The notes beneath the pieces are model-generated. The model was not told the origin of the DNA. It saw only the letters and a program-made list of their open reading frames with translations, and made no database searches. Positions 31,269 to 42,858 of a DNA stretch of 64,000 bases are shown here, piece after piece. The number at the start of each line of letters is the position of its first letter. The stretch's first letter is position 1. The translations under genes were made by a program, and so were the position numbers. The DNA comes from an uncultured Verrucomicrobiae bacterium (GTDB taxonomy: Bacteria > Verrucomicrobiota > Verrucomicrobiia > Chthoniobacterales > JAFAMB01), in the NCBI GenBank assembly GCA_963837955.1, contig CAWIPH010000002.1:3840001-3904000 (forward strand). The letters run 5' to 3'.

Positions 31269-31838
31269 ATGGCAGAGGAAGAAATACTAAGTCTGACCAA
31301 GCGGGTTAGGAACTCCGACGAAGCTGCCGCCAAAAGCCTCGTAGAACTGGTGTACCCCACTATCATCCGAATAGTCCGGAATCACCTGCCCAGGCGCGAA
31401 TCCGAGGAGGATCTTTGCCAGGAAATCTTTTTGAAGCTCTTCTCGAAGTTACATCAGTTCCGCGCCGATATGCCGTTCGAACATTGGGTGTCCAGGATCG
31501 CCGTCAACACCTGTATCGACCATCTGCGCAAGCAGAAGATCCGCCCTGAATTTCGTTGGTCGGATTTCACCGTCGAGCAGGAGGCGATGCTCGACAATTT
31601 GAAAAACTCAGCCATTCTTCCACCAGAGCGCTCTCCTGAAGAAGCTCGCGATTTACTCGATCGACTGATGCAAGGTCTTAAACCGGATGAGCGGGCTGTA
31701 GTTAACTGGCTCCACCTTGAAGAAAAATCGATCGCGGAAATATGTGACTTAACGGGTTGGTCTGCGTCTAAGGTAAAGGTGATAGCCTTTCGAGGCAGAC
31801 AAAGACTTTCCTCGATTGTCAAACGGCTTGAAAAATGA
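31269..31838 (+). CDS. ECF-type RNA polymerase sigma factor
   Basis: EDL.QE.F.K, W..RIA.N.C.D.LR, region 4 S..EI...G.....VK...R.R..L. Confidence 0.9.
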   Translation: MAEEEILSLTKRVRNSDEAAAKSLVELVYPTIIRIVRNHLPRRESEEDLCQEIFLKLFSKLHQFRADMPFEHWVSRIAVNTCIDHLRKQKIRPEFRWSDFTVEQEAMLDNLKNSAILPPERSPEEARDLLDRLMQGLKPDERAVVNWLHLEEKSIAEICDLTGWSASKVKVIAFRGRQRLSSIVKRLEK

Positions 31839-32125
31839 AAGACGACGTTTTGGAGCATCTTTTTGAGCGGGCTAGAGGTGCACAAGTATCTCCGGTCGCG
31901 ACACTCCCTGCCGGCTTCGCAGACCGAGTCACTGGGCGTTATCAGCTCGAAGTGCGCCGGGAAAGAACTACGATGCGGGCGTCGTTGCTGTCGGTTTCCG
32001 CGGCGCTGGCGGTTTTTGCGGCGATTGTCAGCTTTAATTTCAATGCCATTACCTCTCTGGGTGCGGATGAACAGGATCCCGTAGATGATGTGGCGCAGGT
32101 CCTATGGGATTCGGCTGGAAACTGA
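31835..32125 (+). CDS. putative anti-sigma factor (single TM)
   Basis: ATGA-coupled to the sigma gene; P.GFADRV followed by a TM helix. Confidence 0.6.
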   Translation: MKDDVLEHLFERARGAQVSPVATLPAGFADRVTGRYQLEVRRERTTMRASLLSVSAALAVFAAIVSFNFNAITSLGADEQDPVDDVAQVLWDSAGN

Positions 32126-32493
32126 CGATCTCCTTCTTTCTTCTTTTTTTGATTGGAGCACTTTGCGGAGTCGCCTTGACGCTCACGTTCGCCGTACCCC
32201 ATCCCGCCGCGCAAACCCCAAAATCCTGGGAAGATAACGCCGTTCGCAACCTGACCAATCAGCTGAAATTGAACCCTTCTCAACAGGGCCAGGCACGCGC
32301 GACAGTTCACGACGCTATTGCGCAGATTCGATTGATGCAGCGCGAGCAACAGTCTGAAAGTATTACTGTGTTCGATAGAGCGCTTCAGACGCTTTATCCC
32401 ATGCTAAGCACCGAGCAACAGCACCAGCTTGATCTTTTTCGGCAGCGCCGCAGAGAAGCTCTGCAGAAGAAGCTTCCGAAATCGTCGCCGTAG
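32104..32493 (+). CDS. putative periplasmic helical protein (Spy/CpxP-like)
   Basis: N-terminal TM/signal; L.LNPSQ and LSTEQ motifs resembling LTxxQ. Confidence 0.55.
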   Translation: MGFGWKLTISFFLLFLIGALCGVALTLTFAVPHPAAQTPKSWEDNAVRNLTNQLKLNPSQQGQARATVHDAIAQIRLMQREQQSESITVFDRALQTLYPMLSTEQQHQLDLFRQRRREALQKKLPKSSP

Positions 32494-32525
32494 CAGCTCT
32501 AGGGGCGTGTCGAAAGCTCATAGGT

Positions 32526-32663
32526 CCTATGCGACCCATGAGACCTATGTGACCCATGTGCCCTGTGTGACCCATGTGCCCTGTGCGACCCGTGTGCCCT
32601 GTGCGACCCATGAGTCCTATGTGACCCATGAGCCCTATGTGACCCGCGACCCATGCGACCCGC
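32526..32663. repeat. 9/18-bp tandem repeat (CCYATGYGA / CCCATGWGY)
   Basis: Roughly 15 degenerate 9-bp units between 32493 and ssuA. Confidence 0.9.
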
Positions 32664-32755
32664 AGCTTGCCGCGACCGCAACTCGACAGCCATGCGGGCG
32701 CTAAATTCCCATTCTGATTTGACTATACCGGATTAGTATTCTTAACTCTCCCTCC

Positions 32756-33706
32756 ATGGGGATCCGGAGAGTTTTTTTAGCGTTGCTTCTGTTCGCCGCG
32801 ACTGTCGGATCCGCCTCCATTGCTTCTGCTGAAGCAGCAAAAGTGCTTCGAATCGGATTCCAAAAATCGGGCGTCTTCCTTCTGCTGCGTAACGACGGAT
32901 TGCTCGAAAAGAAATTAGCTGCGCTAGGGTATACGGTCGAATGGCGAGAGTTTTCGTATGGCTCGCCGATTTTGGAAGCAGTGAACGCGGGTAGCATTGA
33001 CGTCGGCCATTCCGGAGATGCTCCCGTGATATTCGCTCAGGCTGCAGGAGTCGCGTTTTCTTACATCGCCGCCACCGATGAAAGCCCGGAAAGCGCCGGG
33101 GTCGTTGTCCGCAAAAACTCGCCAATCCAGAGATTTACCGAACTCCGCGGTAAAACCATCGCATTTGCCAAAGGCTCGAGTTCCCATCATCTGCTGGCTC
33201 AACTGCTGGTCCGCAACGGAATGACATTCGACGACATCAAGCCCGCATATCTGCAGCCGCCCGATGCCAGGGCCGCATTTGAGTCCGGCACCGTTGATGC
33301 CTGGGCAATCTGGGATCCATTCCTGGCGGCTGCCGAGGTGGAAGGCGATGGCAGGGTCGTAGCCAGTGGAGCGGGCTTTAATGGGCATCGGGAATACTAC
33401 TTCGCCCGGAACGAGTTCCTCGCTGCTCACCCAGAAGTGCTTGCGCCGCTGCTCACCGCGCTTGACGAAGTGGGCGTCAAGGCAAAGCAAGATCCCAAAG
33501 GAACTGCCGACTTTCTCGCCGCCAAGCTCGGCGTTTCGCCGGCGGTGATGGAGCGCTCCGAATATCGCAAGCAGCGTTACAACGCCCGACCGCTCGATGA
33601 TGACATGGTCCAGGAACAACAGGAGGCTGCCGATACCTTCCTCCGGCTTGGTCTGATCCCGCACAAAATCAGTGTCTCAGAAAACCTCTGTATCGGAGCG
33701 AAATAG
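32756..33706 (+). CDS. ssuA: aliphatic sulfonate ABC substrate-binding protein
   Basis: [33 protein letters not shown]. Confidence 0.93.
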   Translation: MGIRRVFLALLLFAATVGSASIASAEAAKVLRIGFQKSGVFLLLRNDGLLEKKLAALGYTVEWREFSYGSPILEAVNAGSIDVGHSGDAPVIFAQAAGVAFSYIAATDESPESAGVVVRKNSPIQRFTELRGKTIAFAKGSSSHHLLAQLLVRNGMTFDDIKPAYLQPPDARAAFESGTVDAWAIWDPFLAAAEVEGDGRVVASGAGFNGHREYYFARNEFLAAHPEVLAPLLTALDEVGVKAKQDPKGTADFLAAKLGVSPAVMERSEYRKQRYNARPLDDDMVQEQQEAADTFLRLGLIPHKISVSENLCIGAK

Positions 33707-33713
33707 AATTTAC

Positions 33714-34889
33714 ATGAAACTGTTTTGGTTCATTCCTACGCACGGAGATGGCCGGTACCTCGGCACCAGTGAAGGCGGCCGGGCGCTGGATCTCACGTAT
33801 TTGCAGCAAGTCGCCGAGGCAATCGACCGGCTCGGCTTTTATGGCGCTCTTTTGCCAACCGGACGTTCGTGCGAAGACGCGTGGGTTGCCGCATCGTTCC
33901 TGGCTGCGACCACCCATCGGATGCGCTTCCTAGTCGCTATCCGCCCGGGCCTGATTTCTCCGACTTTGGCGGCTCGCATGGCTGCTACCTTCGATCGGCT
34001 GAGTCGCGGCCGATTGCTCATCAACGTCGTGACGGGCGGCGATCCCGTAGAACTTGCCGGTGATGGGTTGTTTCAGAATCACGATGAACGCTACGAAATA
34101 ACAGACGATTTTCTCACGATCTGGCGTGCGCTGCTTTCAGGCGAGACGGAAGTAAATTTCGAAGGAAATCATCTGACGGTTCGCGACGCAAAAATTCTGT
34201 ATCCAGCGTTTCAACAGCCGTACCCTCCGCTCTATTTTGGCGGATCTTCCGACGCCGCGATTGACGTTGCGGCGAAACATATTGATCACTATCTCACTTG
34301 GGGCGAACCGCCCGCTCAAGTGGCGGAAAAGATCGATCGGGCCCGCCGAGCGGCGGCTGGGAAGGGCCGTGAGCTTCGTTTTGGCATCCGCCTCCATTTA
34401 ATTGTCCGCGAAACCGATGCTGAGGCGTGGCGAGACGCGGAAAGTTTGATCAGTCGCCTAACCGATAAGACGGTCGCGGCTGCGCAGAAGTTGATGGCAC
34501 GACACGACTCCGCGGGCCAACAACGGATGATTGCCCTTCAGAAAGTCAATGGAGGGAACCGCAGCCGCGCCGCCTTAGAAGTCAGCCCGAATCTTTGGGG
34601 CGGCGTTGGGTTAGTCCGGTCGGGCGCCGGCACAGCCTTGGTCGGGGACGCTGAAACGGTCGCTGAACGTATTCGCGAATATCATTCATTAGGGATCGAA
34701 ACGTTCATCTTCTCTGGATATCCACATCTCGAAGAAGCTTATCGCGCGGCGGAACTCCTCTTTCCCCGGTTGCCGCTGGAACATGAGGAGACCGAGTCGC
34801 CTGGTGGCCGGAATCCGCGAGGAGGAGAAATAGCGATCAAAGGCGAAATGGTCGCCAACGAACTGCTGCCAGCCCGAACGACAAAATAA
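33714..34889 (+). CDS. ssuD: FMNH2-dependent alkanesulfonate monooxygenase
   Basis: [48 protein letters not shown] at 33714. Confidence 0.97.
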   Translation: MKLFWFIPTHGDGRYLGTSEGGRALDLTYLQQVAEAIDRLGFYGALLPTGRSCEDAWVAASFLAATTHRMRFLVAIRPGLISPTLAARMAATFDRLSRGRLLINVVTGGDPVELAGDGLFQNHDERYEITDDFLTIWRALLSGETEVNFEGNHLTVRDAKILYPAFQQPYPPLYFGGSSDAAIDVAAKHIDHYLTWGEPPAQVAEKIDRARRAAAGKGRELRFGIRLHLIVRETDAEAWRDAESLISRLTDKTVAAAQKLMARHDSAGQQRMIALQKVNGGNRSRAALEVSPNLWGGVGLVRSGAGTALVGDAETVAERIREYHSLGIETFIFSGYPHLEEAYRAAELLFPRLPLEHEETESPGGRNPRGGEIAIKGEMVANELLPARTTK

Positions 34890-34897
34890 CTTTTGGT

Positions 34898-35680
34898 ATG
34901 ATCGATTTCTCCAGCGGAAACTGGCGTAACGCCGTAGTTCCTTGGTTGCTTCCGGCGGCTCTGATCGCCGCCTGGCAAGGCGCTTCGCTGGCCGGCTGGT
35001 TACCAGGCAATGTGGTTCCATCGCCTCTCTCCGTGCTGCTGGCGGGACTTCATCTCGCTGGAACGGGCGAGTTAGGGATCCATCTCTGGGAGAGTTTTCA
35101 GCGAGCGATGATCGGTCTCTTCATCGGAGGAGCAATCGGTTTTGTTCTTGGCCTGATAAACGGTCTTTTCACGATGTCGAACCGGGTTCTGGATTCGTCG
35201 CTCCAAATGATTCGGAACATTCCGCATCTCGCATTGATCCCGCTCGTCATTCGATGGTTCGGTATCGGAGAGCAGGGCAAACTTTTTCTGATCGTCCTCG
35301 GAGTCTTCTTCCCGATTTATATCAATACGATGCACGGGATCCGTTCGACGGACCCTCGATTGCTCGAAATGGGAAAGGTTTACGGCCTGCATCCTTGGGG
35401 GTTACTCACCCGCATCATCTTGCCCGGCGCGCTTCCGTCCATTCTCGTGGGGTTGCGCTACGCGTTAGGGATCATGTGGCTGACGTTGATCGTTGCAGAG
35501 ACTATCGCCTCTGACAGCGGCATTGGGTTCATGGTGATGAATGCGCGCGACTTTCTGCAGTTCGATGTCGTGATATTCGGCATCTTACTCTACGCGCTGC
35601 TCGGCAAAGCCGCCGACAGCGCCACCCGCGGACTAGAACGATGGTTTCTGCGCTGGAACCCGAACTACCAGAACGCCTAA
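34898..35680 (+). CDS. ssuC: aliphatic sulfonate ABC permease
   Basis: [42 protein letters not shown]. Confidence 0.95.
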   Translation: MIDFSSGNWRNAVVPWLLPAALIAAWQGASLAGWLPGNVVPSPLSVLLAGLHLAGTGELGIHLWESFQRAMIGLFIGGAIGFVLGLINGLFTMSNRVLDSSLQMIRNIPHLALIPLVIRWFGIGEQGKLFLIVLGVFFPIYINTMHGIRSTDPRLLEMGKVYGLHPWGLLTRIILPGALPSILVGLRYALGIMWLTLIVAETIASDSGIGFMVMNARDFLQFDVVIFGILLYALLGKAADSATRGLERWFLRWNPNYQNA

Positions 35681-35693
35681 ACAGAGCCTTCTC

Positions 35694-36458
35694 ATGCAAA
35701 CGCTGGAAAAAGATACAACTTTGAGCGCTGCCGGTTTGGCCCCATTTCTCAAGGTGCAATCCGTTAGTAAACGATTTGGCGAGCGTGTCGTCTTGCGGAG
35801 TGTCGATCTCGCGGTTCAAGAGGGGGAAATGGTTGCCATCGTTGGAAAAAGCGGCTGCGGTAAATCCACTTTACTGCGTTTGCTCGCCGGCTTGGAAAAA
35901 CCCAGCGAAGGTACCATAGCGGTTGACTCCGATCTCGTGAACGGCCGCAATCGCTCCGCGCGCCTGATGTTCCAAGATTCTGCACTCTTGCCTTGGGAGA
36001 CGGTCCTGGAGAATGTCGCTCTCGCTGCTCCTGACCCGGCTCGCCGGCGCGAATCCGCTCAAGAAGCGCTTCGGCAGGTCGGGTTGGCACATCGTGCTAA
36101 AGATTGGCCCTCTATCTTGTCTGGCGGTCAGAGACAACGGATAGCCCTAGCCCGAGCCTTGGCCAGCGAGGCGCGTTTGATCCTGTTCGATGAACCGCTC
36201 GGGGCGTTGGATGCCCTTACCCGATTGGAAATGCAAAATTTGATCGAGAGACTTTGGCAACAGCGCGGTTTCACTGCAGTCCTGGTTACGCACGATGTTG
36301 AAGAAGCGGTAGCCTTGGCTGACCGGGTCTTATTGATGCAACATGGTGAATTCGGACACGAGAGCCTGGTGTCCCTCTCGCGTCCACGCGACCGCTCAAG
36401 TGCGGAATTTGCGACTCTGAAGGCCGAAATTCTGTCTCGCGTGCTTCAGGAAAGATAA
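35694..36458 (+). CDS. ssuB: aliphatic sulfonate ABC ATPase
   Basis: [29 protein letters not shown]; operon context. Confidence 0.93.
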   Translation: MQTLEKDTTLSAAGLAPFLKVQSVSKRFGERVVLRSVDLAVQEGEMVAIVGKSGCGKSTLLRLLAGLEKPSEGTIAVDSDLVNGRNRSARLMFQDSALLPWETVLENVALAAPDPARRRESAQEALRQVGLAHRAKDWPSILSGGQRQRIALARALASEARLILFDEPLGALDALTRLEMQNLIERLWQQRGFTAVLVTHDVEEAVALADRVLLMQHGEFGHESLVSLSRPRDRSSAEFATLKAEILSRVLQER

Positions 36459-36526
36459 GGGTTTCGGCACCTTCGACAGAAGCAACCTGACGACGTCGCC
36501 CCTGGCGGGGAGCCTACGAGTGCGGA

Positions 36527-36672
36527 GTAGCCTGATCCTCCAGGCTCAGGAATCTCAGCGGGCAGGAGGATCGTGAGAGGTGATCGGTGAGAAGTGATTG
36601 GTGAACTGTGAACTCCTATCGGTCCTCTCACTAATCACTGACACGCTTCCTGAGGCTGGAGCATCAGGCTAC
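36527..36672. mobile_element. REPIN/MITE-like element (~146 bp) with inverted GTAGCCTGAT REPs, copy 1
   Basis: GTAGCCTGATCCTCCAGGCTCAGGAA ... TTCCTGAGGCTGGAGCATCAGGCTAC; the interior is the reverse complement of 63227-63371. Confidence 0.75.
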
Positions 36673-36882
36673 TTATTGCGGAGTATCACCGCTTACTGAC
36701 CCGCTCTTTTTCGATTCTGGAAGCTTCGATTCCGGAATGGAATGGTCATGGGAATTCGCAGTTGGCTCGGCTGGGCCGCCGTAAATGTCCCCAACGTTAT
36801 CTTCGCCGAAGTTGCAACCGCTAAGCAAAAAGGTCGCACTAATGGCGACGGCAATTAGAATTCGAGAGGTTAAGCCGGACAT
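36673..36882 (-). CDS. small lipoprotein
   Basis: MSGLTSRILIAVAISATFLLSGC lipobox. Confidence 0.6.
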   Translation of the reverse strand: MSGLTSRILIAVAISATFLLSGCNFGEDNVGDIYGGPAEPTANSHDHSIPESKLPESKKSGSVSGDTPQ

Positions 36883-37081
36883 ACCGCAGATACTTGCGTG
36901 CAACCGAATCGAATTCAACCCTCTAGCGAGCCTCGAAATCCGACGAGAAAGCTCGGGCCCAAAGAAAATAAACCTTTCGCTCGGTTATGTTTGGCTTTCA
37001 CTCGCTCGATAAGTAGATAGTTGTGCTGCCTACCGAATGCGAGTCGGCACGCGACTTTTAGTGCGCTAAAAACATAGCACA

Positions 37082-38629
37082 GTGAGCCCCCCAAAGGTTT
37101 CTCCCATCCGCCTACTAATCGCGCCGCTGGCAATCTTGCCCGTGCTGTATTTTGATTTTCTCGCGTATCAATCGGGAAATATTTGGCTCGGTCTGGTACT
37201 CCTGGGCGTGGCCGCAGTGGCTTTTTATGTCTATACGAGTGCGCGCGCCTACCCTTTTCGTTATTTGTTTCCCGGCCTCCTCTCTTTTGGTCTCTTTGTT
37301 ATTTTTCCGCTGCTTTACACCGTCTACATCAGCCTTACGAGATACAGCTCCAGCCACCTGCTTTCATATGAAGAAGTGGCGGATCTTCTGGAACAAGATT
37401 CTTACATCGTCCCAAATACAGCTTGCTATGACTACACCCTGTATCGGCAAAGCAGCGGGAAGTACGTACTTCTCCTCATCGATCAATCGAATCGAGAGCG
37501 ACGATTTCTGTCTGAGCCACTCGAGCTGCAACCCGGCCTGACGGTACGCAATCCAAAGCCGGTTCCGACGAATGCGATCCCGCCGGCTCAATCAATCGAC
37601 GGAGAACCGCTAAAAATTGGCCAGATCACCCGGGAACGTCTTTTCATCCCCCTGCGCGGAATTCGGTTCATCCTCCCTGGAGGACAAACGGTTGAAAAGG
37701 AAGGACTAGACCAATTTTGTTGCCGCAAACGGATTTGGAAGCGGAATCCGGATGGCTCATTCACCAATCAGAAGGACAACTCCACCATCCGCCCCGACTT
37801 CGCTCGCGGCATCTTTATCGATGATAACGGGGAACAGATAGGAATAGGGTTCCGCACGTTTGCGGGGCTAGATAACTACGTGAAGATAGTAACGGATCCG
37901 CAGATCCAAGTTCCATTTTTGCGGATTTTCCTCTGGACGGTTTTCTTCGCGGCGATTTCAGCGGTTGGCGCTTTCGCCATCGGGATGCTCCTGGGGGTCG
38001 TCTTAGAATGGAGGGAGATGCGGCTTCGCCACGTCTATCGGACACTTCTCATTCTCCCCTACGCGGTTCCAGCGGTTCTCTCGATCCTGATCTTTAAAGG
38101 CTTGTTCAACCAGGAATTCGGCGCAGTAAATCAGTTTCTCCATGCCCTACTCAGGTTTGCCCCCGAATGGGAAACCAACCCATGGGCGGCTCGAGCGATG
38201 GTCTTGCTAGTGAACCTCTGGCTCGGTTACCCGTATATGATGCTGATCTGCACCGGGATGCTCCAGTCGATTCCGTCCAGTATTTATGAGGCAAGCGCCA
38301 TCGAAGGCAGTAATCCCGTCACCGATTTCTTCCGCATCACGCTTCCTCTCGTCTTGCCGCCCCTCCTCCCCGTCCTGGTTGCGAGTTTCGCCTTTAACTT
38401 CAACAATTTTTCGGTGGTTTACCTATTGACCGGCGGAGGACCGAAAATGGCTGGAGGTGGCATTGCCGGGGAAACAGATATCCTGGTGACTTACACTTAC
38501 ACTCTGGCCTTTCGAAATTCGGAGAACAACTACGCTCTGGCCAGCGCCATCGCGACGCTGTTGTTTTTTCTGGTCGGCACATTAGCCTGGATCAATCTGC
38601 GGATGAGTTCCAAACGGATTACTTTTTAG
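37082..38629 (+). CDS. malF: maltose/maltodextrin ABC permease MalF
   Basis: RY.FPG, large periplasmic P2 loop, [34 protein letters not shown]. Confidence 0.9.
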   Translation: MSPPKVSPIRLLIAPLAILPVLYFDFLAYQSGNIWLGLVLLGVAAVAFYVYTSARAYPFRYLFPGLLSFGLFVIFPLLYTVYISLTRYSSSHLLSYEEVADLLEQDSYIVPNTACYDYTLYRQSSGKYVLLLIDQSNRERRFLSEPLELQPGLTVRNPKPVPTNAIPPAQSIDGEPLKIGQITRERLFIPLRGIRFILPGGQTVEKEGLDQFCCRKRIWKRNPDGSFTNQKDNSTIRPDFARGIFIDDNGEQIGIGFRTFAGLDNYVKIVTDPQIQVPFLRIFLWTVFFAAISAVGAFAIGMLLGVVLEWREMRLRHVYRTLLILPYAVPAVLSILIFKGLFNQEFGAVNQFLHALLRFAPEWETNPWAARAMVLLVNLWLGYPYMMLICTGMLQSIPSSIYEASAIEGSNPVTDFFRITLPLVLPPLLPVLVASFAFNFNNFSVVYLLTGGGPKMAGGGIAGETDILVTYTYTLAFRNSENNYALASAIATLLFFLVGTLAWINLRMSSKRITF

Positions 38630-38661
38630 CGCTCTTACTAAACCAAGGCAGTCGTCCGGCT

Positions 38662-39570
38662 ATGATCCCCGCCAACAGGCTTTTGCTTAAAAAAATCGCG
38701 GCTCACGGGTTCCTCCTCGTCACTCTCGCACTCGTCGTTCTACCTTTTGTCATGGTGGTGGTCGCTTCGTTGCGAAAAGGGAACTTCCCACCAAACAGCC
38801 TTTGGTTGCATCCGAACCAATGGAGCCTGGAGCACTGGAAGTACGTTCTCAATATCCCGTATTCGGAGGTAGTGAACCCCAGCACTGGTGAAACGAGGAT
38901 AATTCAGCCGCCGACCCCGCCTCTGCACTGGCTTTGGAACTCCGTCGTGGTTTCTGCCACGTCTTCGGCGGGAATTATCCTGCTTTCGGGCACAGCTGCC
39001 TATGCCTTCGCCAGAATGGAATTCAAGTTTCGGGGACTGCTCTTGCAGTCGCTGCTCATCCTGCAGATGTTTCCAGCGGTGCTCGCGTTGACCGCCTATT
39101 ATACAATCCTTGATTCTATCGGGCGGCAGGTCGAATGGTTAGGTCTAAACACTTTGCCTGGATTGATCTTGATTTACCTGGCGGGCGTTTCAACCAACAT
39201 TTGGATGATTAAGGGATACTTCGATACAATCCCCCCTAGTATAGAAGAGTCGGCTCGGATCGATGGAGCTTCACCCTTTCAGACTTTTGTCCGCATCCTG
39301 CTGCCGATCAGTGCCCCCATTTTTGCCGTTGTATTTATCTTGTCGTTTATTTACACCATGTCCGAGTATCCTGTTGCCTCGGCTGTGCTCGGAACCCCCC
39401 AGAACTGGACATTGGCCGTTGGCGCAGGTTCATTACTTCGAGAACACGAAAAATTATGGGGTCATTTTGCAGCCCTTGCGATCTTGAGCGGCGTACCAAT
39501 TACGGTAATGTTTCTACTTTGCCAGCGCTTTGTTATTGGCGGGCTGACAAGCGGTGGTATTAAAGAATAA
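38662..39570 (+). CDS. malG: maltose/maltodextrin ABC permease MalG
   Basis: [35 protein letters not shown]. Confidence 0.9.
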   Translation: MIPANRLLLKKIAAHGFLLVTLALVVLPFVMVVVASLRKGNFPPNSLWLHPNQWSLEHWKYVLNIPYSEVVNPSTGETRIIQPPTPPLHWLWNSVVVSATSSAGIILLSGTAAYAFARMEFKFRGLLLQSLLILQMFPAVLALTAYYTILDSIGRQVEWLGLNTLPGLILIYLAGVSTNIWMIKGYFDTIPPSIEESARIDGASPFQTFVRILLPISAPIFAVVFILSFIYTMSEYPVASAVLGTPQNWTLAVGAGSLLREHEKLWGHFAALAILSGVPITVMFLLCQRFVIGGLTSGGIKE

Positions 39571-39591
39571 TCAACCCCCCCGAGGACGACA

Positions 39592-40719
39592 ATGAGTCAA
39601 GCACCTGTACACATCAAAGATCTGGTAAAAACCTATACGGACGACCGTGGTCGGCCGACATTCACCGCTGTCAAAAACATCAACCTGAATATCGAGGATG
39701 GCGAGTTCATGGTCCTGGTCGGGCCATCCGGGTGCGGGAAGACTACTACACTTCGCATGGTCGCCGGCTTAGAGAAGATCTCGAGCGGAACCATCTCTAT
39801 CGGTGATCGCGTGGTAAACGATCTAGAGCCGAAAGATCGGGGTATCGCCATGGTATTCCAGAATTATGCGCTCTATCCGCACATGAGCATTTTCAACAAC
39901 ATGGCGTTTGGGCTACAACTCGCCAAAAAGAAGAAAGATTTCATTCAGGAGACGGTCACCCGGACATCGCAGGCCCTGGGCCTCGATAAGATGCTCGAAC
40001 GCAAGCCGCAAGCTCTCTCCGGTGGTCAGCGCCAACGGGTTGCTCTCGGGCGAGCCATCGTGCGAAATCCACAGGTTTTCCTGTTCGACGAGCCGCTTTC
40101 CAACCTCGACGCCAAAATGCGCGTGCAAATGCGGTCTGAAATCTCCCGGCTCCATGGGCAGCTTGGTTCTACGATGATTTACGTCACGCATGACCAAATA
40201 GAAGCCATGACCATGGGCGATCGGATCTGTGTCATGAAGGATGGCGTGATCATGCAGGTGGCTGATCCGCTCACGCTGTACCGGAAACCGGAAAACCTGT
40301 TCGTGGCCGGCTTTATCGGAAGCCCGCCCATGAACCTGCTTCGCGGCAAGATCGAAAAGCGGGATACCGGGTTGGTATTCACCGAGACCGCGGAACAGAA
40401 CGCTATCTCGATGGCTATCAAGGGTCCGCTGGAACCCTTGGCGGCAAGATACGTCGGTAAACCGATCGTTCTAGGGGTGCGTCCGGAACATATGACGGAG
40501 GAAAACAAGAACGGCACACACATTCCGGTCTCGTCAACGGTCGATATCGCCGAGCCGATGGGCTCGGAGTCACTCGTCTATATGAAGGCCGGCAACGGTA
40601 ATTTTATCGCGAAAATTCATGGGGAATATTTATTCCAGATGGGTCAGCCGCTGACGGTGTACGTTAATCTAGATAAGGTCCTCCTTTTCGACGCTGACAC
40701 GGAAGCCGTGATCCGCTAA
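39592..40719 (+). CDS. malK: sugar ABC ATPase (MalK/UgpC family)
   Basis: [41 protein letters not shown] tail. Confidence 0.9.
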   Translation: MSQAPVHIKDLVKTYTDDRGRPTFTAVKNINLNIEDGEFMVLVGPSGCGKTTTLRMVAGLEKISSGTISIGDRVVNDLEPKDRGIAMVFQNYALYPHMSIFNNMAFGLQLAKKKKDFIQETVTRTSQALGLDKMLERKPQALSGGQRQRVALGRAIVRNPQVFLFDEPLSNLDAKMRVQMRSEISRLHGQLGSTMIYVTHDQIEAMTMGDRICVMKDGVIMQVADPLTLYRKPENLFVAGFIGSPPMNLLRGKIEKRDTGLVFTETAEQNAISMAIKGPLEPLAARYVGKPIVLGVRPEHMTEENKNGTHIPVSSTVDIAEPMGSESLVYMKAGNGNFIAKIHGEYLFQMGQPLTVYVNLDKVLLFDADTEAVIR

Positions 40720-40739
40720 CCACCCCCCTAATCATCTAT

Positions 40740-40985
40740 ATGCGCCAAATCCTCGAGACCGAACAATACGTTCAAGTGCCGCCGATGATGATGTCTGATC
40801 CGTTTTATCGGATTACTTATTTGATCAAAGAAGAGATCCGGAAATACAAATGGCTGGAAGGGGAAAAAGGCCGTCAACTTTCGTGGGAGGACGCGCGCCA
40901 TGAGTGGACCAAACAGCATCAGAAAAAATACGAGTCATTCCTGATCGACACCCTTAAGTTTGACGACAGTTCAGCGACACATTAG
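40740..40985 (+). CDS. conserved-looking small protein (EEI.K.KWLE.EK.G motif, DUF4032-like)
   Basis: 81 aa, 20 nt after malK and followed by a terminator. Confidence 0.7.
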   Translation: MRQILETEQYVQVPPMMMSDPFYRITYLIKEEIRKYKWLEGEKGRQLSWEDARHEWTKQHQKKYESFLIDTLKFDDSSATH

Positions 40986-41007
40986 TCGGTTCGAAATAGC
41001 TCCATTT

Positions 41008-41044
41008 GAAAAGGAGGCACTCCAGATTGCCTCCTTTCTTTTTT
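41008..41044 (+). terminator. intrinsic terminator
   Basis: AAAGGAGGCA/TGCCTCCTTT stem plus T-run. Confidence 0.85.
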
Positions 41045-41202
41045 GGTCTTTGGGCTCTAGAGCTATACCAGAATCATCCTCGTCGTCCTGATCGACAAAA
41101 CAGCAAATAGCAAATTTCGGCTATTGGTTATTAGCTCCCACCCTTCGAGGACGAAGGCGAAGATGCCGGTACAGAAACAATCTGCGATAATGACCGCATC
41201 TC

Positions 41203-42714
41203 ATGTCTGAACGGCTCTTTTCCTGGCTTACTTCTCGGGGAGCCGGCGTTCTGCTTCATCCCACTTCGCTTCCCGGGCCTTCTGGCATTGGTACTTTGGG
41301 TCGATTTGCTTTCCGCTTCGTCGATTTCCTGGCGGATACCGGTATGAAGTACTGGCAGGTTTGTCCTTTGGGTCCGACCGGGTTTGGTGATTCTCCCTAT
41401 CAGTGTTTTTCTGCTTTCGCTGGAAATCCCTATTTGGTGGACCTCGAAGACTTCCTGGAAGACGATTTTCTCTCAGCGGGCGATCTCGAGCCGCTCAAGA
41501 CGCTTTCCGAAACAGCAGTCGACTACGGTGCACAATGGCAACTTCGTTGGCTCGTCCTTCGGAAGGCGTTCGACGGATTTCGCACAAAAGCGAGACCGGA
41601 CCAGCAAGCAGCCTTTACCGAATTTCGCAAAAGCAATGAGGATTGGCTGGAGGCATACAGCCTCTTCATGGCCCTAAAATCGCAATTTAATAGTCGCTCC
41701 TGGGAGGAGTGGCCTACTGATGCCCGGTACTACGCCCTGGCCCAGCGCCTGCCCAGAACCAAAGAGCTGGAAGACGAAGTCTCTGCTAACGCTTTCTATC
41801 AGTTCAAGTTCTTTCAGCAATGGGACAAACTGAGACGGTACGCGGCTGATCGGAAAATCCAGATTTTCGGCGATATCCCAATTTTTGTCGCCAGGGATAG
41901 CGCCGACGTTTGGACTCGCCCGGAACTTTTTCAAATGACAGAAAGTCTGAGACCGACCGGCGTCGCTGGGGTTCCTCCGGACTATTTCGCAGCCGATGGT
42001 CAGCTCTGGGGTAATCCTCTGTACGCCTGGGAACGTCACGCCAAGGATGGCTTTGCTTGGTGGCTCGCACGGTTGCGTGCCAGCTTCCAGCTCTACGACG
42101 TCATCCGGATCGACCATTTTCGCGGTTTCGATGAATATTGTCGCATTCCGCCGGAAGCAACGAACGCTCGAGAATACCGTTGGGAACCGGGCCCAGGCCT
42201 CGAGTTGTTCCGAGTCATCCAAAAAGAATTTCCGCAAGCCAAGCTAGTGGCGGAAGACTTAGGCGTGATCACCGAATCGGTCCGCCGTTTAGTGGATCAG
42301 GCGGGATTACCGGGGATGAAGATTCTGCAGTTCGGGTTTGAAGGCGCCACCGAATATCTGCCGCACAATTGCGTGCCGAATAGCGTGCTTTACCCCGGAA
42401 CGCATGACAACGATACCTGTCGTGGCTGGTTCAATATTCAGCGTCCAAGCGTCAAAGATTTCGTGCACCGATATCTTCGCACGGAATCGGAAGAGATTGT
42501 GTGGGAAATCATCCATGCCGGCTATGCTTCCGCTTCACGGATCTTTATCGTGCCGATGCAGGATTTGCTCAACCTGGGGAGCGAGGCCAGGATGAACACA
42601 CCGGGCACGCCTTCCGGGAACTGGCGCTGGCGATTCACGTCAGCCCAGCTCGAAAATCTATGGAAAGATCGGGGCGAAGTACTCCGCGAATACGCGAGGC
42701 TCTACGAACGGTAG
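41203..42714 (+). CDS. malQ: 4-alpha-glucanotransferase (amylomaltase, GH77)
   Basis: GVLLHPTSLP, GDSPYQ.FSAFAGN, GVPPDYF..GQLWGNP, RIDHFRG, AEDLG, THDNDT. Confidence 0.97.
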   Translation: MSERLFSWLTSRGAGVLLHPTSLPGPSGIGTLGRFAFRFVDFLADTGMKYWQVCPLGPTGFGDSPYQCFSAFAGNPYLVDLEDFLEDDFLSAGDLEPLKTLSETAVDYGAQWQLRWLVLRKAFDGFRTKARPDQQAAFTEFRKSNEDWLEAYSLFMALKSQFNSRSWEEWPTDARYYALAQRLPRTKELEDEVSANAFYQFKFFQQWDKLRRYAADRKIQIFGDIPIFVARDSADVWTRPELFQMTESLRPTGVAGVPPDYFAADGQLWGNPLYAWERHAKDGFAWWLARLRASFQLYDVIRIDHFRGFDEYCRIPPEATNAREYRWEPGPGLELFRVIQKEFPQAKLVAEDLGVITESVRRLVDQAGLPGMKILQFGFEGATEYLPHNCVPNSVLYPGTHDNDTCRGWFNIQRPSVKDFVHRYLRTESEEIVWEIIHAGYASASRIFIVPMQDLLNLGSEARMNTPGTPSGNWRWRFTSAQLENLWKDRGEVLREYARLYER

Positions 42715-42735
42715 GGTCGATGAGGAACGGGGCTT

Positions 42736-42850
42736 CCGGCTCAAATAAATTTTCGCCCTACCAACGCTGGACCATGCTCACGATCGGTAGGGCGAACGCT
42801 TTTGCGTGAGCCGCTCAGGGGTCCCGGCTCAAATGAATTTTCGCCCTACC
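42736..42850. repeat. GTAG-type REP cluster, same family as 5643-5708
   Basis: CCGGCTCAAATAAATTTTCGCCCTACC half copy plus a full GGTAGGGCGA...TCGCCCTACC copy between convergent malQ and glyA. Confidence 0.85.
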
Positions 42851-42858
42851 CATCCGGA

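Noticed and set aside
32363..32704. His/Gly-rich repeat ORFs (GHTGRT, HGSHRA)
   Set aside because: They are translations of the 9/18-bp VNTR in several frames.
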